Below are positions 51,956 through 64,000 of a stretch of DNA of 64,000 bases, piece after piece (the first letter of the stretch is position 1; every line of letters starts with the position of its first letter). Both the position numbers and the translations under genes were made by a program. This DNA comes from Euprymna scolopes (Eukaryota). The notes below the pieces were generated by a model. That model saw only the letters and a program-made list of their open reading frames with translations, did not search any database and had not been told where the DNA came from. Location: assembly GCA_053919585.1 (NCBI GenBank), contig CM132807.1. One strand, written 5' to 3'.

Positions 51956-52739
51956 TTAATATTGTTGCAAACGTAAATCTAAGGTACCTAGCATAAATAT
52001 ATTCGCTTGAAGTACAGTGAAATTATGCGATTTATAAAAATACATATACGGTAGCCAAAGAGAATATTCCATCTCAAAGCAGCATATTCTTTTTAAAAAG
52101 AATATTCCTATGCAAGAAAGCATATTCTTTTTAAAAAAGAATATGCCCGTGTAAAAAAAGCATATTCTCGAGCATATTCTTAAAGAATATTCCCGGCATA
52201 TAAAAAGAATATAGTGCATATTTGAAAGAGAATATTGTCGCAGCCCTAGTAATAACATAAACCCTATCGACAATTACTCGAATACAAATAATAATGTTTA
52301 TTTCTATGTTTGCTTATCTGCAGTCAGACATGATTCTGCACTGACGTAATAATTCCTAATACAGATTTTGTTAAATTATTTCCGTGCTAGTTAATGACAA
52401 ATTGGCGATGTTGCACCTCCCCTCCTTCCATAGATATAATGTTTTCATAGGGAGTGGAGTAATGATCTACCCCTGTATGATACATCCCCAGACTATCAAA
52501 GGTAAGATAACATTTTCTGCCCCTTGTGCAAGAGAGACTTGAAATTGTGCTAGGCAAGATTACTTATTTACATTATGTATTACGCTTACCCACTTAGCTG
52601 GATGCATACAGCGTTAGGTATTGCACAATAGAAATCAACTCATTATACGTAAGGTTTAACATTGTTTCACTTCGGTTATGGTTTTAGAAGCAATGTGTTA
52701 TAAATGATATTATTGAATTATATACGAAATATTAAACTA

Positions 52740-53180
52740 CCTGTAAAAACAAATAGAGTTAATAAGTATTACTTTTATGCCTATCAGTCAGATGTTTTTA
52801 TATTCTTTTATTTTTTATAGCTGAAATATACAGAGGTTTTAAAAAATATCATATTAAAGCTGTGTTGGGCATCAACGTAATGACGCCGTTGATGATATGT
52901 TTTGTACACGAAATATATATACTTCTTATAGATAGCACACATGGCGTTAATAAAGTATTAATTTCATTTTCTACTAAGTCGTGTTGTATATCGATGTTCC
53001 TTCGTATAGGTGGTACGAATAGAGTTTATAAAGTATTACTTATTTTTTTACCAAGCTGTCATTTTGAATTATTTTCCTTCGTATATGTGGTACGAATGGG
53101 TTTAATAAATTATGATCTTCGTTTTTATCGAGCTGTCTTTTCTACACACTTTAGTTTCCATAGGTAGTACAGATAGAGAT
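52740..53180. repeat. Highly degenerate tandem repeat
   Basis: Recurrent TTCCTTCGTATA.GTGGTACGAAT.G.GTT.ATAAAGTATT-like segments. Confidence 0.5.
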
Positions 53181-53864
53181 ATTACATTAATACGTTTACA
53201 CACACACACACATAGAAACACACACACAGACATATATATATATACATATTTATACATATATGTACACATATATAAACACAGATACCTATATATATATTTA
53301 TATAAACATACGTTTGCGACCTATACATANNNNNNNNNNNNNNNNNNNNNNNNNNNNNNNNNNNNNNNNNNNNNNNNNNNNNNNNNNNNNNNNNNNNNNN
53401 NNNNNNNNNNNNNNNNNNNNNNNNNNNNNNNNNNNNNNNNNNNNNNNNNNNNNNNNNNNNNNNNNNNNNNNNNNNNNNNNNNNNNNNNNNNNNNNNNNNN
53501 NNNNNNNNNNNNNNNAATACCGACATTCGATTCGGAATTCAATTAGACTGCACTGTTTACATTTTTTCTCATCTTTCGTATTTAGAAAAACCGGCTCTCT
53601 ATAATTACTTTGACCCAAATATTTGGGGCTACTCCTGCGTCTTGTCACACACTCTCAAATCAAAAGTGGCACATGTGATATAGTTGAAGATGTTTCAGTA
53701 TAGATTCAAATGTGTAAGCCAGGTGTCTGCAAAAACGTCAAGCAAAATTGGAAAATATACGTTGACTGCCAAATAGAATTTGACATAAATAAACAAACAA
53801 AACATTATTACTAATATAGTCGAGTTACAAGGAGTTAAGAAGACCATCATATCACACTGATATG

Positions 53865-54689
53865 CAGGGTGTAACAAGAGAATTGCCGTCCCAATGAAAA
53901 CAAATCTACAAAGCTACAGCTTTTAATAAAAATATATATATATATTCAGGTTACTTAATTATGTAATAGATCGGACATCTATTCAATATATATTCCTTCA
54001 GACTCAATCACCGCCTCGATACGGGTCAAATTGTGGGCATGTGGGCGGGAGATCGGCGAACACTCAGCAGAAGGCGGCGATCAGACTGGGTTTTATATTG
54101 TGGGAGGTCATTTTCGTGATGTTCTCGACGTATGACACAATGAAGTGGTCCGGCAGATTTAGGTCGGGAAAAAGGGGACAAGTGAGAGAAAGACACAAAG
54201 TCGTAGCTCTTCCCCTGAAGCTAGGCCTGGGTCTCTTTGGCTTTGTGGGCCACACCCAGGTCTTGCCAGCGGTCACCTAACTGAAACAGTGCATAAACAC
54301 ACGCTTCCACACATTCAGGTACACTTTGCTGTTGACATTCAATCCAACTTCGAAGTTGGCATGATTTGACCCACACTTGGAAACTTTTTTTAATAACCCT
54401 GAACATGTGCCGTAATTCGAGACGATTGTGCGATGCATTTTGAGGGCGCCGGCATTGGTCCTGTAGTCATAGTTTATCGAGCATGAGTTGTACAGCGGCG
54501 CCTCTACCATCTCGCTCGGTGAACATTGAGCCACTTTCAGACATGATAGAAAGCTCCTATCTCTCTTGGGACTTGTATAAAACTGGCAAAATACCAGATG
54601 ATCTGCATCCAATAAAAAATACGTTTAATATTAAACGGTAATCGAATCACGTAGGCTTTTCTAATGCGTTAATTTCCTCGTTCACTCTG
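53865..54689 (-). mobile_element. Internally deleted Tc1/mariner element of maT (DD37D) type with transposase remnant
   Basis: Minus-strand peptides FEVGLNVNSKVYLNV, GKTWVW, PDLNLPDHFIVSYVE (SPDLNPLD motif), SHNIKPSLIAA, RIEAVIESEGIYIE* (stop 53979-81); imperfect TIRs CAGGGTGTAACAAGAGAATT / AATTTCCTCGTTCACTCTG, TA on the right. Confidence 0.85.
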
Positions 54690-55930
54690 TATAAATATAT
54701 CAATGAAGGTTTTTTTGAAGGTTTAGTCGACAGATTTAGGGTTTATATTCTCATGGTAAATAATTCGATAGTTCAAATGTCAAAAACATTCATATATGTC
54801 GGTATTGATGTAAAAATATCTATCCAAAATATAAGATTACAACGGTATTTTCATGAAAATACCAGGAAATAAATCTAGTGAAAGTTGTTGAAAGAAACTA
54901 AAGTAAAAAGCTGAAAAAACTTTATCTCAGAACGATCGTAGAACATAGTAAAGGATCTATGTTTAGAAAATAACGATGTTTCAAAAAAAAAGTACATCTT
55001 AAAGAGAAACATCGATTTTAATCAAAACGTCTTGAAAAACGACGCCCCATTTGGGAACAAATCTCAGCTTTCTAATTTGAGAAAATACCTTTTGTTGTTG
55101 CACACATCGGTCATGTGAAAGGTGCTTTTATTTACCTTTTCTTCTTTTTAATTGTTTTCATTGCGATGTCTGCAAAAATCAATTTTATTGTTACGTAAAA
55201 AATATCTGCGAATTCACTTCAATCAGACATTTTCATTTTAACTTAAAAGCTTCTTATCAATAATAAAAGAACGCGTAACAAAACATTTGATAAAAACGAG
55301 AAAAGTAATTTATACTAAACAATCAATAGAATAATCCATAAATGATTAAACAAACAGAACCAAGAAGTGTCTATTTTTCTACTCTCTATATATTTTTCTC
55401 GTTTGTTTTTCATTTGATCACATAAAATACGACATGTTGGCCACTGAAATGTAAAGAGCTACTGTGATACGTTCCAGCTTGATATTGAACGATTAAAGCG
55501 AATTTTTCGCATTACATCTAAATTTCTCTATATGTAGACCAGTACTTTTTGTTTGTCCATCCCCCTTATTTTATGGATATTTTTATGGTATATTATTCGT
55601 TCAATTCAGAGTTAGGAATTTATAGGAAGTATTGCATAATTGTAAATATATTCCTACATTTAGTGTATAGTTTTCGCGGAAACTACTTTGCCAGTCGGGC
55701 TGCAATTTTTCATAGATATTATTTATTGTAAGGTGAAGCAGAAAAAAATGAGTATAGTATCCGTCCAATAAACAGTTCGTGGATAATGGCAAATATTATT
55801 TAATACAAAAATGAGCACAACATTTACCATATACGAAAATAAATCTCGCACTAAGCTGTTGCCCTAAGAAATAGCTCTATACTCTTTGCCCATTTACGAA
55901 TGAGGGAGCTTTGTTTAGTTTAGAAAAAAG

Positions 55931-55977
<47 letters not shown>

Positions 55978-55978
<1 letters not shown>

Positions 55979-56414
55979 TAGCCAAATACCCGTCCGTGAC
56001 TGGATTCAAAAACAGCCTACAGAAAATGGACTCAGATTTATGAAAGTATCATGGGATATGAATAGGAAGAGTTGTAAAGAGATAGCTTCGAATTTGGGGG
56101 TATCAAAACCAAAAAAAATATGATGAAAGTAAAAATAAGAGATAAACACCATAATTTATTAAACCATACCTGTTCACACTGAAACACTTATCACAATATT
56201 CTATGGATATATATTAAAAAAAAATCTTGTTAAACTTTGTGACATATTTCGATTCTATGGAGGTCAGTCGCGAACGAACAACGAGATAAAGCCTACCCAT
56301 TCCTGTGTCTCGATACATCTTCTATCATAATATGTGATCAGTTTTCTATAATAGTCAACCATATAGGAGTCTAGTCGACACAAGACACACACAGAGGTTT
56401 TCAGCTTAATATAA
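55978..56414 (-). mobile_element. Non-autonomous Helitron-like element inserted at a (TA)n tract
   Basis: Minus 3' end CCAGTCACGGACGGGTATTTGG-CTAG|T; 5' region homologous to 16119-16240. Confidence 0.7.
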
Positions 56415-57083
56415 TCTATATATATATAATTTTACGTTGTGTGTATATCTGAGTATGTTCCAAAATGGCGTACATGTTTAATAGCGGTGCCTTATTTTAT
56501 CTGCATATTCATGTACGTATAAATGCGTGTATGCATATAGTTCGTATCATCAGGTGTAGAAAAACAATTCTTTTTAACGGATGTAAATAAACACAACATA
56601 AACTTGGAGTATACACGAACCTTTATTTTTATGATTCCGGCCTGCATCTTCAGAGATTACAACATCTTCATATATTGCCTTTCGGAAAAAAGCCCACTCC
56701 CTGCGTCACGAAGAGACCCAGCTACTTGAGTCATCCGTTTTCTCTGATGTTCAACAAAGGACTGACTAAAATCTAAAAAAACTACATCTCACCATGTGTC
56801 TTGAACCAAGAGCTGACGGAACCTCAGTCTAGCTTTTTGTTTATGTAAACTACAAATTATGTTTACGTCTTTTTTCATATTTTAACATTCATTTGTAGCT
56901 GTTTATTATTTCAGTTGTCAATCACTTTTTCCCAATTGTTTTGGTTTTCTAATCATAATATTCGATCATGTGACACACCGTCGATCGAATCAATTAATAA
57001 TAAGAAAATGTTTCGATCCTTGACCCTGCCTACCAGAGTTAACAGAGATACAACGCTATGATATCAGTCAAAGGGGCACACCA

Positions 57084-57134
<51 letters not shown>

Positions 57135-60100
57135 TGTGATTGTTCAACAGCACTTTGTCGTCTGATACGTATGTGTGTACATATGTGTTCATGGATGGAG
57201 GTGTATAATAACAGATTCAACTATTATAAAAGATTGAGGGTCAATGACATACGCAACGGTTCTTAATAAAATAGCGAATAACAAACGTCCACGTCTATTC
57301 GTTCATTAGTCGGTCTTTATTGACAAGTTTGGAATGTATGCAATGATGATACACTCCAAGGAATTCAAGCGACACTCTTGGTTATATTTTGAAGTAACTT
57401 CTATTTCCTTACAGTCCCCGTCTTGGAAATTGCAAGCCGATTCTTATTTCAACATTTTTCCAGTGTAGATACTATAATCATCGTCCGGTATCCAACCACG
57501 TATAGCTCACCTACTGGTTTGTTTAAGCTAATCACTCTTACTATGTGTCTATAATAACAACTGCCCTTCTATGTTTATTATCTGATGTCAATAGTAAGTC
57601 ATATTTTGTTTTTCTGACGTATTATACTCAAATTATTTTTCATTAAACATTCTAAAATCATTATATACAATTGTACATACGTATTTCATCCCTTAAAATT
57701 ACCTAATTCTTTTTTAAAACATTATTTTTTGCCATTTCAACATGTTCAGAAACATTTAAAATTACCAATTATTATGTATATGGTGTTTCTCAGGAGACTA
57801 ACAATATACCAATATCCGTCCAGTGTTCATGATAATATCTTCCAAGCAATACATTCTCGGTTTTCTGAGATTCATACTTGAGTATATGCGCATGTTGCTC
57901 GGATACTACCCTCCTAGAAATTGCCTTTCATTTTAAAATAGTCCTGCATCCCTTTTTACCTAGTCAGAAAACCTTCCATTCAATCATTTTTCCTTTAAGA
58001 CGTTATATATATATATATATTGATTCCTTATACTATTCTCCTAGGCAAACACAATATATATTTTCAAATACGTATAAAAAATAGGGGTATGACAACAGAA
58101 TATTCGTTTCATTGTTTGGAGTCTCGAGTATATATCCGACACATTAAGACACAGTTAATAAACCTAGAACTACACCACTCTATATAAAAGCATATAAGAT
58201 ATCAACAAATACACGCTCGATATTTAAAACAATGAAAAGAATATGGCGTTGTCACCGCCCTAATAATAAATATATAAGATTTATTTAAATATAAGGATCG
58301 GATATATTGGTTATTGCCATGTATTATAACACTTCATAAAAAATTATGAAAATATCTCCCAAGCTATGCGTTATCCGTTTTCTGAGGATCATATTTTAGT
58401 ATATATTATGTTGCTAAGTTACTACCATCCTAGGAATTACCTCCTTCATATTTAAATAGGGTTCTGTATTCCCCGGTATCTAGTCAAAAAACCTTTCACC
58501 TAATCATTACTTTTTTCCTTTAATGGTATTAAAGTGTTATTGTCATCGGCAAAGGATAATGTAATATATAGTTCTTCGTCATAATACAGTTCTTAGAAGT
58601 AATACGTTTTTCTTGATTCGGTTACGTAATATATAGCCATTCCTTATACTATCCGCTTGGGCAAGAACAATATATTTTCCTAATACGTATAATAAATATA
58701 CAAGATTTATATAAATGTAGGCATTGATTACATTGCTTATTATAATGTATTTTACAATTTTAAAACATCTAATAAAATAGTTTAATAGTAGGAAACACTT
58801 TATTTTACTTTAATAAGATATTTGATACCACTTTATTTCATATTACTGAAGATCGAGTTGAAAGAAAATTATTCTATACGATAGAAGCGAAATTGCTTGT
58901 GTCCAGCGTGAAAGAAAGTCGAATATAAAGATTAATATTTTTATGAGCAGCCTTTTACTCCGAAATAACCTGTCACCAACACTGAACACCAATCAGTTCG
59001 GCTGAGACGACTATGTTAAGGTTAATGTCCATATTAATTCCTCATAACATTCTGCAGTATTAAATTATTGTTACCTGTTAATTGCGTGGTTTACGTTTTA
59101 AATTAGAGCACATAAGCGTGAAAATGAACGAGCAACATAACAGACAGATATTATTCTTGTATATTAGTACCGGATTGTTGAGGTTCCACACAAGAAAAAA
59201 ATAACAATACTCATTGAATGCAGAGTAATAGTAAACATTCTAAACTTCGTTTTCCTTTCAAATAGACTGGATTCTTAGACTTAGAATTTCCAACGTTTCT
59301 TTGTAAATGAGATAATGCTTTATTGTATACAAGGATTTGCTAAAGCATCCTTAATCTTTTGGTCATGAACGATACTACCTCTTAATTTTCGCTCCTGATT
59401 TTTTAGATTAAGCAGAATCATTCATATTATATGGATTCCTCTGCTCTCATCTTTAATGTTTTTTGCATACCGTTTCAGGGGACGTAATTCCTAACATACT
59501 TCAGAATTCGGTAAAATTTCTGTCGAACGAGAGAATATTTTTTTGTCGTACTAGAGAAACTGAACAAATTTTTGACCATAAGGTTTTATTTCATCCACAA
59601 ACATAGCCTCATCTAATTACGTCTTTGATAAAAGGACATAAGTCCTAAGTATTTAGCAATAACATTTCCCAGTCGCCTTTACAGAGAACTAAGCAGTCAA
59701 TCCCACACTTACATTTACAAATGTATTTAACCTCGTCCTTTATCCATGTGGAACAGTGGATTGATAACTTATGCGTTCCAATGTTTCAGCAGCTTCTATA
59801 ATATAATATATGTATTAGACATATTATATATTAGAATTTTCTTAGGCATAAATCGATAAATATATTGGAAATAGGTAGACGAATATATTCAACATATGTA
59901 AACGAATGTATGATAAATGTAATCGTCTGTTCATCAATAAAAACGTGCTGTATTTTTCCTGTCTTAATATCAACTATTCTGATTATCACCATCAATTTTT
60001 AAATGTTACTTTTTGATTCAGCAATGAGGCTGTTTTCCCACAACCAATCATCCCAGGATTAATGCTTATATGATGGATAAAGTGTCAGTTTGGTCTGTGT

Positions 60101-60489
60101 ATTTTTACTAACTTACTATTTAACTAATAGATAACTTACTATTTAACTAATAGATAAGCATGGAAAATACTCTCAGATTACACACTTTTGAAAACGGGGG
60201 ATCTAAATGCCTATTTTCATCACGTTTTGTATTAAAGGGAAAGATCTTCAATACTTGATATTGTTCTGTCATTCTAGCAAATAGCCATTGCAATTTATCA
60301 CGAAGAAGCCTTGACATATGATAAATATTAAACGCTTCAACGATATATGCATATGTGAAGGACAATATGAAGGTCGGTCAGTTTCCAGTCAGCTGATTAT
60401 GTTGAACTGATCGCCAGTTCTTCCGCTGTGGTTTTCACTGCCGACGTTGTCTTTCTGAGGCATTATCTTTCAACACAATGATAATTAAC

Positions 60490-60860
60490 GGATGCTATGT
60501 GTCACCTGTTTCGATTTTTCAAAACCGCCCGACACACTCTCTTGTCTTCTTAAACTACGTTATCAAGATACTCATGTTCAGGCCAAGCCGTCTATACTTT
60601 TGATGGCAAAGTGCAGTCAAGTAGGGCTACTTTTATTCAGATCAAATGTTAGCCTGAAGTGCTTCTATTTCTCTCCTCCTCGCCCTTTTTTCTTTTCCTC
60701 TCTCCGATTAATCAATCTGCACGCATGAAATACGACATTCAACTGGAGAGGCTCTCAACCATCTTGAACAGACACTTTGAGAAAAACGCAATGGAAGTGC
60801 AACATTATAACCATCTACTGGTAAAGCGTCCATTGTTTTGAACGGAAAGACAGGTGTGTT
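60490..60860 (+). mobile_element. Very decayed CR1/L2-like RT remnant
   Basis: CFDFSKPPD...LLKL resembles the DFSKAFD..LL.KL RT motif. Confidence 0.3.
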
Positions 60861-61369
60861 TCGTCTTCGTATTATACAATCGTCTACTTATTTGTATGGA
60901 ATCAAGCTATTGTTATTCGTATACTTTATGCCTATTATTCGGAGACTTCCCCGCTTAAAATAAACACAATTTAAAACGCACAAAAAAATTTAGAGAATAT
61001 TATTTCAACTTTGATAGAAAATATGACAGATGTTCCAGTAATCTTTTATAACCAATAATAGTTCGCAATTAGAGCGACATTGACCAAATAGGTGGAACCA
61101 TATTTTTCCATGAAATGCACAGCAGGAAAGATGGTTGTAAAAACTCATTTTTGGGGTCAACGGCGAACACCGTAAACCAGTTCACCGGAAGTTTATTTCA
61201 CTTGTGATATCATGGCTTATCTAATCCTCGATTAGAATTTAATGTTGGTTAGATTATGAGACAACATAAATTACTTAAACTGGAACAGCGGGAGTGCATT
61301 TAGTTGTTTGGAAAAAAACTCAGTAGGAAATCATTCACATTAAGTTTAAATCGACCATCTTATAGTAAG

Positions 61370-61900
61370 CAGTGAGAAAGACATGATAAATTTCATTCCA
61401 CGGCCAGGGAGTCGTTGAAAAACCCTGCCAATAGGAGTTTTGTTTAATTTAAGGAACTTATAGGTTTTGAGGTAAATTGTTGTCAGTTTTTATAACCAGA
61501 GATGTATTTGTTGTGAATATTTAAAACAGAGTGAACATGAATTTGGATCTCAGCCAAGCACCGACCATAAAGGTCACTGAGACAAAGTACAAACGTCTGT
61601 TCCCTGCAAACGGGAATGATAATGGTGAAAAAGTCATCGTTCACAAAGTCCTGGAGACGCGTTGTACTCTGTAAATTCAGAAAAGGATACTTTAAGGTGT
61701 TCAGCCTCAGTGTTTCAACAGTACTCCATCTTTTTTTACACAGTGATCACCACTTATCAAGGCCCGGAAGCCACTCAGGGCGTATTTGGCTTTTGTTCAG
61801 GTAGAAGTGTGGCCATATAAAATAGCATCGTCAAAATAGATGTCGAGAGTTAGGTTCCGGATGGATCAGTGAGGACAGCAAGTGTTAGTACTATAAGCTT
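61370..61900 (-). mobile_element. Decayed CR1-like LINE fragment
   Basis: Minus strand DIYFDDAIL (YADD-like), YLNKSQIRPE..MEYC, YGRCLAEI; internal deletions and a short insertion. Confidence 0.55.
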
Positions 61901-64000
61901 CAGTTTTCTGCCCATTAACTACTACTCTAATATTTTTTCGATTAAGAGTACGTTTTCAGTTATACTCTAGCTGAAAATCCTATGAAGTAAACCTTTTTTT
62001 AACAATATCAAATGTTTTAGATATATCAAGAACTATTATCCTAACGAAATACCTGTTTAATACATGTTTAAAGACCATTACCTATGTATTAATTGAGATG
62101 TTTCAGACTACTCTTCTGGAATAATTGCTAGGTTTTGTTGTTGTTTTTTGCAATAGAAACGGAAACACCATTAATCATTTTCATTTCCAGATAAAATCGG
62201 TTCCCTAATCGTTTGGATATAATATATTTGGATAGTTTATACCATTTTCCAACAACAACTATTATCTATATTCATCTGAAGAAGATGAGGAGTTCACCGA
62301 GCGAAACATTCTGAGAAAATAATCAAAATTAGAAGAGTAATTTGTACAAAAATATATATTACTAGCATTGTCTTATCGTAAAATTTTTATATCAGAAAAA
62401 ATTTTAAGATATGTTCATGCCTGTATTTTTTTTTCTAAACAGTTCGCTTCTTGTAATTAAAAAAAGGTACTGAAGCCTAAACTTTAAGACAGGATATATT
62501 TCACTTTTACCAAAAGAAATATACGTTTGATATAAGTTCATATGAATAGATGTAGATGAAGAAAAGAGAAGCCAACAAAACTTCTTCGGTGTAAAATATA
62601 ATGGCACAACAAAAAGAGATCAATGCCAATCAGATTATCACGTTGATATTGGACTCTTTCGAGGGAACGAGTATTCTGAGCGGAAACCTCCCACAGATAT
62701 GCGTATAGTACGCCATCTAAAAGTAAGCTTTATCCATAGCATAACGTAATAGATATTGGTTCATATTTGACTTTTCATCCCTACAGAAAACATGTATTCG
62801 TAGTCTACGCATTAACGTCAAAGGAATCCAGCTCTACGTTTTGGTTCCGATGCTCGATGAGGCGTAAAAGGTTTTATTAAAACGTTTTAAATCACTATTT
62901 TATATTGAGTCCAATAAAATATAATAATAACTACGAAATCTACATTAATCAGAATATCATATATAAGCGTTTTACGACTCAAGACTAGTAAGGTGCATAC
63001 ATATTTTTTGTCTTTTATGAGAAGCCCTGTTTGGCTTTAAAGAGAGTAACTTCCTCCCGCCTCTGGCCAGTAATCATTTTATCAGCCTCTTGTTCCCCAA
63101 CAAGTCTGTAAGAATTCATGTTATAGTCTTTCTTAGCAACCCTTTCTTAAACACTGTAATATCCTTCAGATTAATCTTAAATATCCTCGAGCATCAAACA
63201 TTTTTTTTCATTATGGATTTGTCAGTAACATGATACATTTAATATTCCACGCAATATTTTCTCGAGGTCCTTAAAATAAAAATTCCTGAGTCATCGAAGA
63301 AGCATGTGCGCGAAAAAAAAATGCGAGTTTTGTGGGCGTGGTAAATGTTTGTGTTAATCAGTAGTTGCAAATGCGGTATAGTTGTGATTAATTTGTTTAA
63401 TCTATTAATTCCTTATTCTGTTCCAAATGGATACAAAAATACGGACTTGTCTGCATCTTCTCAAAATTAACGTTTATACTAAATTTCAACCAGATAAGAA
63501 ACTTTTGAACCAGATAAGGCATTCGTAATGAGTAGTCGTAAGGTTATTGCATGTAACTAACTATACCGCGTATTTTAATATATCAATGTGGTATTAAGTT
63601 CGCTAGTTACTAAATCAGAATCTTTGTTATTCTCTACTAATTTTCCCCAGCCCACAACAAAGGGTAAATTTACTTATTATTCCCTCCTTATTTTCTTTTT
63701 ATTGTGAAGGGGTTTGGCTATCTTTCTTCGTGTTCTAGAAAATGACCTTGTTGTAAACCGGTTGTGGTATAAGTTTACTTTTATTTTTTTATATATATAT
63801 ATATTTTTATTTTACTAATCTTTATTACTAAGCTTTTATATATGTAATGCCGGCTGAAAGAGGTCCTGGACAATTCCTAATAAGCAACTAGCTGGCGAAA
63901 ACATGCTCATGAATGTGTAGCGATATATTCGTGCTTATGCTGATACAAATAGAAAAGTATATATATATATATACTTTTTATTTGTATAACATATATATAT

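Larger units (their letters stand above)
48918..52248 (+). mobile_element. hAT DNA transposon (CGGBP-like transposase), full-length but inactive, 3331 bp
   Basis: TIRs TAGGGCTGTGACAA / TTGTCGCAGCCCTA (13/14 match); perfect 8-bp TSD GTAATAAC (48910-48917 and 52249-52256); many subterminal AAAAG(A/C)ATATTC repeats. Confidence 0.93.

Noticed and set aside
56630-56660. Minus-strand CTGAAGA..GGCCGGAA hammerhead-like fragment
   Set aside because: No stem II partner and GAAA absent; too decayed to support
62276-62315. CTGAAGA/ATGAGGA...GAAAC hammerhead-like spacing
   Set aside because: No stem I or stem III pairing
1-64000. Most ORFs in the six-frame track, including YIYIYI and X-containing ones
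   Set aside because: Short, AT-rich, often with non-ATG starts; derived from microsatellites, gaps or antisense of TE remnants; no recognisable domains

Overview
AT-rich, microsatellite-rich eukaryotic DNA, most consistent with an invertebrate animal draft assembly. It has seven N gaps: 3220-3384, 5151-5298, 16851-16997, 18793-19000, 34067-34205, 47629-47756 and 53330-53515. No intact host gene is recognisable and almost all listed ORFs are spurious; the window looks intergenic or intronic and is dominated by transposon debris. That debris includes two hAT elements with TIRs and perfect 8-bp TSDs (24842-28167, carrying only a BED zinc-finger ORF; 48918-52248, with a decayed intron-containing CGGBP-like transposase and a nested TTAA piggyBac-type MITE). 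It also includes an internally deleted maT/DD37D-type Tc1/mariner element, several non-autonomous Helitron-like elements, about nine CR1-like LINE fragments, tRNA-derived SINE heads and minisatellites. The most notable signal is a set of hammerhead-ribozyme (HHR) motifs, all next to (TA)n tracts: (i) an inverted pair of type-I HHRs at 15880-16044, one with a fully canonical core; (ii) a roughly 300-bp circularly permuted unit combining a tRNA-like Pol III head with a decayed HHR, present in inverted arrangement at 33099-33571; and (iii) a decayed minimal HHR at 34220-34258. Together these suggest Penelope-like/retrozyme-type small RNA retroelements that target microsatellites. All calls were made by eye, with no database search.
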